DNA from: the human T2T-CHM13v2.0 reference genome, Homo sapiens
DNA: 64,000 nt
Reading direction: 5' to 3' (one strand)
NCBI RefSeq assembly: GCF_009914755.1
Contig: NC_060936.1
The translations under genes were made by a program, and so were the position numbers. This document shows positions 28,672 to 41,179 of this stretch, piece after piece; positions within the stretch are counted from its first letter, which is position 1, and every line of letters starts with the position of its first letter. The notes beneath the pieces are model-generated. The model worked only from the letters and a program-made list of their open reading frames with translations, was not told the DNA's origin and did no database searches.

Positions 28672-29346
28672 CGCTAGTTCAACTCCCTTATTTCATTAGT
28701 AAGTCAGCTGAAGCCCAGAAAAGGTGAGCCTCGTATGACACAGCTGGCGAACTGTAGAGCTGGGACTAGAACCCAGATCCCTGCCTTCTGCGTTGGCTTT
28801 TTCATCGACACCAAATGCCTCATCAAGCACCACTCCTTGGATTTTTAGCTGGCAACACTGAAGTCCCTGTATGAATGTTTTGTATCTTTGTGTATGATCA
28901 GCTTAAAAGTATTCACTGCATGCAATTCTGTGCATCCTAGACAAATAGACTTAGTTCTACCTTGCAGGACCATCGTGGAGAACAGGGTCATAAAGAACAA
29001 ACTACGATAACAGAGCAGGACATTTGGTACATGCACGCGAAAGAGCCTGCTGCGGGGAGGGCGTGCAGAAGTAGGAAGGGTGAGTTCCCAGGGAGGTCAA
29101 GGAGGCTGCACACAGGAGGTAGCATCTGAATTGAGCCTAATGGGTGATTTAAGAGGCCTCTGATGGACAGAGCATCGATGCTGCACTCTTGCCCAGAGCA
29201 GTGATTGGCTGCCTGATTTTTACACAGGGGCTCAAAAGGGCGGGGGTAGGAGCAGCAAGATTTCAGGGCAGAAATGCTTTAGTGTCAGGCAGGGCGGGGA
29301 CCCAGCCTGCCTCAGGCGCTCTGATCTCCCTCTGCTCTGCCCGCAG

Positions 29347-29415
29347 GAATGAGACCGTGCTGCACCAGTTCTGCTGCCCAGCCGCCGACGCCTGCTCCGA
29401 CCTGGCCTCCCAAAG
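29347..29415 (+). CDS. IQSEC3: IQSEC3 internal coding exon (exon 2 of the long isoform), 69 nt, phase 2-2
   Basis: Polypyrimidine tract and cag acceptor (AG 29345-46); donor AG|gtggg (GT 29416-17). Encodes (E)NETVLHQFCCPAADACSDLASQ(S), recognised as IQSEC3 N-terminal sequence, and joins in frame to the 56620 exon. Confidence 0.96.
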
Positions 29416-32277
29416 GTGGGAACTGTGGCCCTTCCTCCCTTCCGCATCCCCACCTTCCTTCCTGTTACAACAAAGCACGTACCACTGCACTAGCTATTGG
29501 GCCTCCTCCTCTTGAGTCTCATGTGGGGTAATTTGTTTGCTTTCACCTCCTTCCTCAGACTTCAGTTTCTCTCTGCTCCCTCTGGACCCCAAATGAGCCG
29601 TTCCCAACTTTTAAGGTGATTATGCCCTGTCGATCACACCCCACACGTAGGCTCCTTCCTTCTAAACGGCCCATGTAAAATCTAACTTTTGTAAGCAGCC
29701 GGGAAAGTTGATTTGATTGGGGATATTCGTGTCTCTCACACGGTAGGGTGCCTGGCACACAGTGGTGTGCGCTCAGCCCATGCCCAGTGCCCAGCCTTCC
29801 TCTTACATCAAGGATTTATACTTTTCTTTCTGGTTTCTCTTCTTCCAGTCAGCCGAGGTGCCTGTCTTTAATGTTAAGGCTCTCTCAGCCCTGGCTGCTT
29901 TAGTTGACAGCCTCGGACTGGAGCGGGAGTGTTGAGGAGTCAGGTTTCAGAGCCACAGTCCTGAGCTTTCTCCTCTGTTTTTTCCTGGGTTATCCTCCTG
30001 CCCTCTGCCTCCCTGTCCCGCTTCCTGGAGTTCCGTCTCCGTCCCGTGATCAGCCTTCTCCCTCCGCATCTGCCTCTGTCTCTCTGCCCTTGTGTTTCTC
30101 GTTTCTCCTCTTCTGTGCCCACGTCGTGCTCCCCACCCGCCCCCCGATCTGTGTTCTGTCAATCTCTCTCTCACTCTTTTCTCTTTTCCACCAGTTTGTC
30201 TGTCTCCATTCTGCACGTTTCTCTTTTCTTGACTTGTTCTTTACTCCACTTGGATTCTGGCCTGAAATTTGCCCAGTCTCTCAGTCTCCTGTTATGGAGT
30301 GAATTTGGGCAAGTTACTCCACTGCCCTGGGCCTCAGTTTCCTCATCTGGATAGTGAAGGGCTTGGTCTGTCTCAAAAGTGGCATTCATTTATCATCCCG
30401 TCGAGTCTCTGAGCTGCTCAGTGGGGCCAGACTGGGCAGGTCTTCTTGTCCCTGAAGGATGAGAGGAGAGTAAGGGTCGGAGGACCCAGAGACTTGTCCA
30501 CAGTCACAGAGCAAGGACCAGTGCAGCCACAGGAAGCTTAGGGCGCCGGACTCCTCATGCTCACCATTTTCAGGTTTAAGATCCAATGATTCTGTGATCT
30601 TTCCCCCTTTATCCTCTGGAAAATAACTGGACAGTGATCAGAAGTGGTGGCTAGTGATCTTGGGGCACAGACAGCCACCCCGTGAAAGGCATTGCTGTTC
30701 ATTTTGCCTCATAGGGGAGCCAGCAGAGGTCAGAGAAAGAGGCGGGGCTCTGAGGAGGACTCGGAGAGGCCACACACCCAAGAGGCCCTTAAATCCAGGG
30801 CTGAGGGAGGGATGGGAGTTACTGAAGCCAACCATGTTGGAGATGGGAGGCTGATGTTTTCGGTGTCCTCTGTGACAAGTTTTGGGCCAGGCCTGGGGAC
30901 ATAAAAGCACATAAGGCCAACTTGGACCCTTGAGAAGTTCCCCATGCAGTGGGACATCAGGATACCCTCAAAAGAAAAACTGCTCACCTGCAAATTAGAA
31001 GGAAGAAGAGAAATGGGAGAATGAAACGGTGGAGGGAGAAGGAAAGAGGAGAGCGTGGAGATGTGGAAGACACCAGGATGTTGTAGAGGAAGACCCTGAG
31101 TTCCCTGGCCCCTCCCCATAAGCCCTCACTGTTCAGACACAGGGCCCGAGTCTTCTTCCTAGAAACTGCCTTCCTTGGTAGAAGAGAGAAAAGCTGTCTG
31201 GCCTGCCTCCAGCTCCATCAATTCAACTCAATTCAGTGAGCATTTTATTGATACTAACCAAGCACCAGGCCTCAGTGAGGATGGATAACACACCCTTGAG
31301 AAGCCCAGGCCTGGCAGGGGCGGGCACCAGAGACTATCCCTTGGGCTTCCTGTGGTCTCTCCTCCCATCCACTCTCAGCCTGCATGCTCGCTCACACACC
31401 AGCACTCCCCTGCTGCCTGTGTCGTGCCCACCTGCAGCCCTAGCTCCAGGTGGGAAGGAGTGGGAGAGAGGCGGCCCCAGCAGCACGCCAGAATGTAGGT
31501 AGATGTGGGGCAGGGGAGGGGTGCTGCCCTCTCAAGGGGCTGGGGCTCCAAGGGAATAGGGTTATTTTCCAGGGTTTGAGGTGGATGATAGGAAACCCAT
31601 GACCTTAGTTTCCAAGAGGTTTGTTCTTCAGCTTGTTGTTCACCTTCCCCTGGGAGGTGCGGGCTTTGAGGTTGGGTACAGGAGGTGCTCCGGGGAGGGA
31701 GTGTGGGAGTTGGGATATTCTCTTGAATGTTGGTTCATGGAGGCGCCTATACACCCTGCTTACGGGGGCCCTCCCCCTGGCTGGGGACAGGGAGGACTTG
31801 CCCCCTGAGATGGTCCAGGGCTTCAGCTGCTGTCTCTAGTTCCCAGTTACTCCAAGTTGTCCTGTCTATCTGTCTGATTTGTAGTTTCCTAGAGCCTGTT
31901 TTTGTCTGTCTGTCTGTCTGTCTGATGTGGCTTTCCTGGCTTCTCCGAGAGGAGACCCTCTGGATGTTTTCTGGGCAGCCCAACAGTGTACGTGTTTGCT
32001 CTTGGCTTCTTGGGGGAATTCTATGCTAAGATAAGTTTTCCCTGATCAGACTCTCAGCATCCCTGCTCCTAACCCTACCAACGATTCCTTCACCAAACCT
32101 CATCCCTTCCCCTAGCCCAGCTGTCCCACCTCCAGAGCATAGCCACAACTTCCCAGTAAGCTCCTCTAGTGGAATGTGTCACAGTCAGAGGCCAGCCTGT
32201 GGGGCTGGCACAGGCGGGTAGGTCACACAGCCCTCTGAGGAGATCTGGTATGGACTCTGGAGCTCTGAGACAAGCCA

Positions 32278-32443
32278 GGCTCCTCCCCCATCAGTCTGGC
32301 TCCTCCCCCATCAGTCTGGCTCCTCCCCCGTCAGTCTGGCTCCTCCCCCATCAGTCTGGCTCCTCCCCGTCAGTCTGGCTCCTCCCCCGTCAGTCTGGCT
32401 CCTCCCCCATCAGTCTGGCTCCTCCCCTGTCAGTCAGTCTGGT
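32278..32443. repeat. 20-bp minisatellite, ~8 copies (GGCTCCTCCCCCRTCAGTCT)
   Basis: Directly visible tandem units, including one 19-bp variant. Confidence 0.97.
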
Positions 32444-33529
32444 TTCCCGCTAGCTCAGCCAGTAGGAATCATGGCCTCCTGAGGATTTCTGGGATCAGCA
32501 GTTGGCCTCCATAGGAGACCCCAGTAAGGAATCCAAAGTCAGTGAATCAGGTGTCAGGACCTTTGTTGTGTGGACTCAGCCAGCCACAGGATCTCCCTGG
32601 CCATCCTCCTCTGCAGTCTGGCTAAGGCCGGCCCCCACTCCAGCTCCGGGGCTGAGCAAGGGTCCCTTTCCTGAGCAAGTGCCTTCGCTGCAGCACTGCA
32701 GTGGCTGCTCATCTATCTGATCAGAGATGTGGAGATGCTGCTCAGCCCAGAGGAAAGTCTGCTCCCTCCCAGAAAGACCCAGGGCCAGAACAGAGCCTCA
32801 CCCCTCCCGAAGAGGCAGAGAAGCCTCAGCCCTACCGAGGCCAGGACAGCCTTCCCCAGCCACCTGCAGAGGAGCAGCTGGGGGCTGGTGTCAGGGGAAC
32901 TCTGTCTTGGGGCTGGGAGCCGGACAGGGAGTGATTCTCCCAGGAGTGGGAACACCTGAAATTGAGCACATCTGGAAGCGTGGGTGTCTGCAAAGGGAGG
33001 CTGAAGGGAGGGCGTCAGCGATCTGGAGTACAGTGGAGCAGCTACGGGGCTGGCAAAGCCCTGAAAGCCCTGCGAAGCTGGATAACCAGATAGAGTTATT
33101 ATGGGTTCTGCTGTGCCCTGGTTCCCCAAACCCCCCTAGGAAGGCAATGTATGTCTGCCAGGGTAGTTAGGCCCTCAGGTGGGAGCTGGGGGTGGTGCCT
33201 CCTCCCAGCAGCCAGCCAGGAAGCAGCAACTGCATGCCAGGCTCTTTCTCCCCAGAAAAGATCGCCCCCTGGTCGTTGCCCCTACCGACCGCCTCCCTGC
33301 TGCCAGCTAATGACAGGGCTTTATTCTGGGGCGCTGAATAGGCCAGTAATTGCAGCCCTACTTTCGATCCTGCCGCCTCCCTTCCCTTTCAGGCTCTCAG
33401 TGACAATGACCCGGTAGCTGGCCAGCTGCCTCCCAGCATAGAGCCCATTTGTCTCAAGGGTGATAATGGGGCCAAGATGAGGAAGGTGGGCCTCTATTAG
33501 AGTAATGGGAGGAGGCGGCTGTGGGAGAG

Positions 33530-34905
33530 GGTGGGGCTCAGGAGAAGGAGGTGGGCTTAGGAGGGGAGGTGGAGTTCAGGATGGGGAGGCAGGGCTCAGA
33601 AGACGAAGTGGGGCTCAAGATGGAGAAGGTTGGCTCAGGAGGGGAGGCGGGGCTCAGGCAGGAGAGGCAGGGCTCAGGAGGGGAGGCGGGGCTCGGGGGG
33701 TAGGTGGGGGCTCAGGAGGGGAGGTGGGACTCAGGAGGGAGAGGTGGAGTTCAGTGGGGAGGCAGGGCTCAGGGGGAGGTGGGGGCTCAGGAGGGGAGGT
33801 GGGGCTCAGGAGGGAGAGGTGGAGTTCAGGGGGGAGGCGGGGCTCAGGAGGGAGAGGTGGAGTTCGGTGGGGAGGCAGGGCTCAGGGGTAGGTGGGGGCT
33901 CAGGAGGGGAGGTGGGACTCAGGAGGGAGAGGTGGAGTTCGGGGGGAGGCAGGGCTGGGGGGAGGTGGGGCTCAGGAGGGGAGGCGGGGCTCAGGCAGGA
34001 GAGGTGGGACTCAGGTGGGGAGGCAGGACTCAGGAGGGAGAGGTGGAGTTCAGGAGGGGAGGCGGGGCTCGGGGGGTAGGTGGGGGCTCAGGAGGGGAGG
34101 TGGGACTCAGGAGGGAGAGGTGGAGTTCAGGGGGGAGGCAGGGCTGGGGGGAGGCGGGGCTCTGGAGGGGAGGCGGGGCTCAGGGGGGAGGCGGGGCTCA
34201 GGAGGGAGAGGTGGAGTTCGGTGGGGAGGCAGGGCTCAGGGGGGAGGCGGGGCTCTGGAGGGGAGGCGGGGCTCTGGAGGGGAGGCGGGGCTCGGGAGGG
34301 GAGGCGGGGCTCTGGAGGGGAGGCGGGGCTCGGGAGGGGAGGCGGGGCTCAGGGGGGAGGCGGGGCTCAGGGGGGAGGCGGGGCTCAGGAGGGAGAGGTG
34401 GAGTTCGGGGGGAGGCGGGGCTCGGGGGGTAGGTGGGGGCTCAGGAGGGGAGGTAGGACTCAGGAGGGAGAGGTGGAGTTCAGGGGGGAGGCAGGGCTGG
34501 GGGGAGGCGGGGCTCTGGAGGGGAGGCGGGGCTCAGGGGGGAGGCGGGGCTCGGGAGGGGAGGCGGGGGCTCGGGGGGAGGCGGGGCTCAGGGGGGAGGC
34601 GGGGGCTCTGGAGGGGAGGCGGGGGCTCGGGAGGGGAGGCGGGGCTCGGGAGGGGAGGCGGGGCTCGGGAGGGGAGGCGGGGGCTCGGGGGGAGGCGGGG
34701 GCTCGGGAGGGGAGGCGGGGGCTCGGGGGGAGGCGGGGCTCAGGGGGGAGGCGGGGGCTCTGGAGGGGAGGCGGGGCTCTGGAGGGGAGGCGGGGCTCGG
34801 GAGGGGAGGCGGGGCTCTGGAGGGGAGGCGGGGCTCGGGGGGAGGCGGGGGCTCTGGAGGGGAGGCGGGGGCTCGGGGGGGGAGGCGGGGCTCAGGAGGG
34901 GGAAG
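33530..34905. repeat. Large G-rich VNTR (~17-21-bp units around GGAGGCGGGGCTCAGGAGGG)
   Basis: About 1.4 kb of tandem G-run units; higher-order blocks start at 33704, 33892 and 34080 (188-bp spacing). Confidence 0.97.
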
Positions 34906-35579
34906 TGCTAGGCAGGAAACAGAACAACCCCTAGGCCTCCAGAGCAAGAAGGGATCTGGGTAGGGGTCTAAGGGGCACTCTGAGCCTCTGCTAACTGAAC
35001 TGACTCACTGCTGGTCCTTGCTTCTTCCTTCTCAACCACCCCATCCTTACTCCAAGATGGAAGACATAGTGAACACATTATTTATTGAACGTGCCAGGGA
35101 CAACGTGCTGGGCACTCTTGATATTTTATCTCACGTAATTCTGTGAGATAGATGTTATTCCCATTTACAGATAAGGAATCCAGGATGGAGAGAAGTTAGG
35201 TATCTTGGCCGAGGGACCACTGCTAATTATTTCTGGAGCTGGACAGTGAACCCAGGTCCAACTCCTACACACAACGTCTTTTCAAAGAGCTGCTGCTAGA
35301 ATTTTTTTTAAGCGCTCAAGAGAAATCCTCCCATCCATTTCACTGGATCTTAAATAACATCTATTTCCTCTGATTATAAGTCATACACGCTAGTTGTTGG
35401 AAATGTGGAAAATACAAAATATAAAGAAGAAAATATAAATGGGACTTCATCATGTAGAATTAACTGATGTTAATATTTTAGTGTGCAGCCTCCCAGTGTT
35501 TTATTTTTCTCTGCGTTGGGTTTTACGTCCTTCCCACGCCCATTTTAAAAAAAAAAGATTTTGTAGTCTGCATTTCCCA

Positions 35580-36060
35580 CTTGGCGAGGCGTACTGCGCC
35601 CCCTTAGAGGCCTCCTACCCTAACCACTTCCTCCCGGGCCGCCCGCCCTGGTGGCCCACGTGGCTGGCGTCGTTGCCGCTAGGCAGCAGCAAGGCAGGGG
35701 CTCTGCCGAGGCCGCCACGCGGGGTACCCTGGAGGACGGGGCGCGCTTCCGAGAACGGCTGCGGGGATAGCCCTGCATTGGCATAGCTGGGGCATTTCTG
35801 CCTCTCCTGCCTCTTTCCGTCGGCTGTGATGGGGCCTGAAACATGAGCAATGGACCAGCCAGTGTTTACCCAGCGATTACGGAGCAATTAAATTCTCAGT
35901 CGATACAGTTACGTCTTCAAACAGCTGGGCTGGGGCGCCGCGGCCTCACGTGCCTGCTCCGGGAGTCGCATCCAGGCTGCTGAGAAACCGGCACCACGCA
36001 CTGGTGGCTTAGGGCGGCAGCGTGGGTCGGTCGGGCGGTACAGCCGCGTCCTCTTTCCCT
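35580..36060. promoter_or_regulatory. Small intronic CpG-rich element (candidate enhancer / CTCF site)
   Basis: Local CpG enrichment outside repeats; minus-strand GGCCACCAGGGCGGGC resembles the CTCF core (35641-35656); E-box CACGTG. Confidence 0.5.
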
Positions 36061-38346
36061 AGAAAAGGGCAGAAAAGCCCTCGGCTTCCCCCACAGGCCC
36101 CATGGGGCAGGCCCACCCTGCCTGCCTGGCCCCAAGCTCTGGGTCTCTGCCTCCCGCCCCAGGAAAGCGATGGCGGCAGGGGAGGTTAAAGGAAGTGTTC
36201 TTTGTCTCCTTCATGGTTCACTGGTTGGTTGGGAGAGGTCTTTGGAGAGGTTGGGATGGGGTGAAAATCCCCACAAGCCCCCTGCAGTGGCGGGAGCATC
36301 TTGCCCGCTGGCAGGGGCAGGGTGGGGGCGGGAATCCTGGGGTTTGAAGCCTGGGCTCTGGGGTGGGACAGAGTGCAACCTGCACAGAGGGGAGCATCCT
36401 GGGGACAGGGGGCTTGCTCCTGTGGATTGGGCTTTGAGAGCAGGTGTGCTCCTGGGTGATCTGAGGAGCTGTGTAGTTAGAGCAGAATCCAGCCGACCTG
36501 GGCTCCATGCCCAGGAAGATGGCCGAATTCCGACGTGGAGCTACAGGAATCTGCCCTAGGGAACTGTGTGACCTGTCACTTTACCACCCTGTGCATTTTT
36601 GTCTCATTTGTCCTGAATCGCCAGATTCAGGAGGCATAAAAACCAAAATAGAGGTCAAAGTACTTTGACACTTTGGGAGGGCGTATTAAAATATCCCAGA
36701 GAGTATTAGGAAGGTTTTGTCTTGTCATTGAGTTTTGACTTTCTGTCCAGAGGGCTCTCCTCAGCAGGGATGTGAAACTCCTGTTTGGAGTCAGCTATTT
36801 GCCCAGGCCAATTTCCTTGTGTAATTTTCCCTGCCAGGCCTTGAGCATCCTCTGAGACTGGCCCCTTCATGTGACCTAGGCTGTCGCCAGAGGGTGCTTG
36901 GGAAACCTGTTGGTGCTTGGGCTGCCCTCAAATTGCTGCTCATTAAGGCACGCAACTTTTTGTCAGCAGCATGTTTAGAGATGATTGGAGGAGAAGTCCT
37001 GCTAACTCTGTGTCGGTTTTGTGTCTCCCACCCATGAGAGAGAGGAAGCAAATACTAGCCACCATGTCCTGAGTGCTTGCTATGTGCTATGCAAGAATTA
37101 TCTTGTTTAACCCCTAATAGAAGCTGGTGAAATATTATTCCCATTTTACAGACAAGGAAACTGAGGATCAGAGACAACGAATGCCTTGAGCATGGTCCAT
37201 GTGGCTGATGAAGAGCAGAGCTAGGTTTTGAACCAGGTGCTTGTCAGTTGCAGCCTGTAACCACCAGGGCAGGAGGATAGCAGAAGGCAGGTGTTGTCAA
37301 GTATGGGAAGCGAAAGTGAGGCAGGAAGGTGAACAGCTGCTTCCCATGTCCCCAGCCACAGCCAGCGGGTGGCTGAGAGCACATAGGTTATTGTTCAGGG
37401 CCTCAAAAGGCCTGGCCTCTCTTCCCTGCCCCTCCGCCCTGCCCCTTGAGGCCATGTGTGGACTCCAGAGGAGTGACGCAGAGAATATTTTTAGGGACAG
37501 AAACAGCAACAACAGCAATGCTAGGCTTTATTAGTTAAGGAAATACCCCTAACTAAAGATAATACTTCCAGAACAAGTGAGAGATGCCACGAGGAACATC
37601 TAAGCTTTCTCTAGTCCAGGGTATTCGGTAATGCAGTTTTATCCAGTTTTCTGGGAAATATGTTCTTGTTTCATTTACTGGAAGCTTCTTGTTGGAATCT
37701 TTTGTATCTTCTTTTCTCACTTCCAGGAAGAGTAACCTTTGTAGGCGTAGAGATTTTTCTAATCCCACTATTTCTTGTGCTTTGTTTTATTTTCTCTTCT
37801 GAAAGTTCTTTACCCATTCACTTATCTTCTGACCAATAACATGACCATAAAAATGATTTTGTATCTGTTTGTATGACAAAAAGGGTTTTTAATTTGTTTC
37901 ATCAAACCAAAAACGAAGAAATAATCTATAGCAAGAGTGATTTGATCAGATATGGCATTCTTAAGACATTTTACTGCCCTCAAGAGACCATGGAATGGCT
38001 TAAGAAACGAGGTTTTTAGAGATTTCTTTTATTATGATTAAAAAAACAAAACAGGAAGGACAGCTGCCTATGAAGAAAGACTGGAGTGTGTTGCTGTCTC
38101 CAGCAGGGACACTTTCCATAATTCCTTTAGCACCCTCAAGTTAAAGTGGCTCCCATTGTCTGAATCAGTATTTTCTACCAGGCCAAATCTGGGTATAATT
38201 TGTTCTAAGATTATTTTGACCACATCCCCGGCAGTGGCAGCTGGGAGGGGAAGGCCTCCACCCTGGAGAGGTGGTCTACCATTACCAGCAGATACGTTAG
38301 TCTCCCTATTTTGGACATTTCTGTAAAATCTACTTGAATGCTTTGA

Positions 38347-38696
<350 letters not shown>

Positions 38697-39078
38697 GGTA
38701 GTCTGTTTTCTAACTACCTTTTTGTTTATTCTCTGGCAGGTCACATAACACCCACACACTTGTTTAACAAGGGTGTAGATCCCTATACACCCGTAATTCT
38801 TGAGTATTGCATCACACATGGCCTGGGGACCCCAGTGACCTCCCTTACGGAGTATGGATATCAGTTCTCTCCTTATGAGTTTGCTTATCATTTCGGTCCC
38901 ATCAGGGAGCACCCACCTCCCATCCTCAGTTTGAGTGGCCCTATCTTGCCCAGCTCTTCCTCCTCCTCTTCAGAAAGTTGGGGTTTTAATACCACCTTAG
39001 GGATATCTGGGATTAGGCCAAATAGTTTAACTTCTACCTCCAGGGAGGCTGCTTAGCAGCTTTATCCACAAGCCTGTT

Positions 39079-39114
39079 CCCTAACCCTAACCCTAACCCT
39101 AACCCTAACCCTAG
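39079..39114. repeat. Interstitial telomeric sequence (CCCTAA)5CCCTAG
   Basis: Five perfect hexamers plus one variant, inside the RNase H C-terminus. Confidence 0.95.
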
Positions 39115-41179
39115 CTTCTATAGAGTTTCCTTTCTGATGGCCGTTTACATGAACTATGGCTACCTCTGCTGGAAGCAGGAGGCTTTTTAAAACTTGTTTG
39201 ACCAGTTTCCCATATACCAATTCTTTCTACCTGCTATTTATTAGGCTCCACTTTGTCCAGATCTTTCCAAAGGTGTGTACTACTCCATAGGCATATCTGG
39301 AATTAGCATATACAGTGCCTTCTTGGCCTTATATGAGCTTCAGGGCTTGGTTAAGAGCATGTAATTCACAGGTTTGGGCTGAGCAGTTATTGGGTAATCT
39401 ACCTTTTTCTCATAAGGTTTGTTTGTTTCCATCAATGACAGCCTGGACATTGTGTCTTTTACCATCTATCACTCAGGATGGCCTATTCACAAACAGCCTC
39501 ATTCCATCGAGTAGTGGAATTTCTTTAAGGTCTGGTCTAACTTTGGTTTGATATTCTATCATATGTAAACAGTTATGGTCTGATACCTGCTTATTCTCCT
39601 CTCATTTCCGTAAGAAACTGACTGGAGTTCATTTAGGCGCCTTTCCAGGGCCCACTGACCCCAGGAGGAACTTGAGGAGGCAAGGGGCTGACCAGCTGGC
39701 CTTTCAGGGTGTCTTTAGCCGGGCTCTGCCGGGTCTGGCTCTGGGCCAACAGCTGCTGGTTTGAAGAGCTGCCAGCCTGTGGTGCCTTCCCTGATGGGCA
39801 CTCTCATCAGCAAAGGCATCCCTGGCTCCTTCTTTGCTTTGAAGGCACCATCCGTCTCCCTGGCAGGCCGAGAGCTGCACTGTTTGTATTCCACGCCACC
39901 CCTGCTGGTGACCCAGCAACTGCAAAGGGTCCCAGGTTTGTCCCGCTCTGGGAGGGGACTTGGTGGCTTTTCGTCAGCTGCAAGGGTCGCCCCTTGGCCC
40001 AGCCCAGCTCTGGGAAACAGAACTTTTATACACCCCACCTCAAAGCATCCTGGCGGACTTCTCCCCAGCACGTGCTCTCTCTACTTCAGGGATTGCAAAC
40101 TGGCATTTTCTATCACCTGTATTGGGTTATTAAGTTTTTTTAACTGATCACCAGCATTTAAAAATCCTGTTTCACATAAAAAGTCAGAATTCTGGCCTCT
40201 GACAAAGCAGACAGTCTGGCAACACAGGGCTGGCACTGTGAGAACAGTCGAGCAGCTGCAGAGGTGTGCCCTCTTCAGTTAGCCACAGTCCCCATCCAGC
40301 CCTGCAGCCCTCCTTCTCACCATTTGCTGGCCGTGTTGTCCTTTGAGTTTATAACCCTAGTTCGGATCTTCCTTATGTAGCCCCCCGGCCTCTCTGCAGC
40401 CTTACTGAAGGCTGCCCCTGGTGGACTCACAGCCTCTCAGTGAAACAGCAGCAAACCTTAATGCTCATCTCATCCACTCACCCTTCCACATCCTGAACCC
40501 TTTCTACACCCTCCTGACAAACAGCCATCTAGTCTTTGCTGTACGCAACCCACTATTCCTCAGGCAGCCTGATCCTAAACTCTCCTCCACATCCCCTTCT
40601 CACCGCATCCCCCAGTTCCCGGACCCTGTCCCTCCTCAGTGGCCGCACTGCACCCTTTCCCAGCACCTCCTTGTTGCTTGAGCCTCTAGAACCTTCCCCC
40701 AGCCCTGCCAACCTCTCCACATCCTCTCACTTCCTCTTGTACTCTTTCTTCCTTTTGCATTATTTTTCTCCCCAGTCTTAACTTTGGTGTCTCTCTTTGA
40801 TCTGTCTTTTCCAGTCTCTTGCTCTCGCTCGTTTTCTTTTTCTATCTATCTCTATCATCCTGTTTCCTTTTTCCCTCACACTTAGTTTCTTTCTCTTTCT
40901 CTCTCTGGGCACAAGCTAAACTGTGCTGGGCCCTGGCCCCTGACAATCTGCAAAGATGGACAGCTCTGTCGAAACAACAAAGATTCAGCAACAACTTTTA
41001 TCAACAGCTTTCAGCAGCCAGCTTCCACACACAGTTGTGTGGCCGCCTCTCCCTTGCCTTCAGGGTCAGCAGCTTAACTCTTTCTCTCTCTGGCCCTCTA
41101 TGTTTGCCATTTCCTCCCCTTTGTCTTTCCAATTTTCTTTTTTACTTTTTCTCTTTCTCCCTTTTCCAGTTTCTCTTTT

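Noticed and set aside
32278-32443. CRISPR-like array
   Set aside because: Head-to-tail repeats with no unique spacers, no cas genes, and mammalian DNA.
33505-34947. Long Gly/Arg-rich ORFs (up to 339 aa)
   Set aside because: Translations of the G-rich VNTR, which has few stop codons; several frames are open and there is no exon context.
37553-37768. 71-aa minus-strand ORF in the putative antisense terminal exon
   Set aside because: Non-ATG start and no homology I can recognise; not supportable as coding without Ribo-seq.
39079-39114. Chromosome end or ancient fusion point
   Set aside because: Only six units in one orientation, with contiguous viral sequence on both sides and no telomere-associated repeats.
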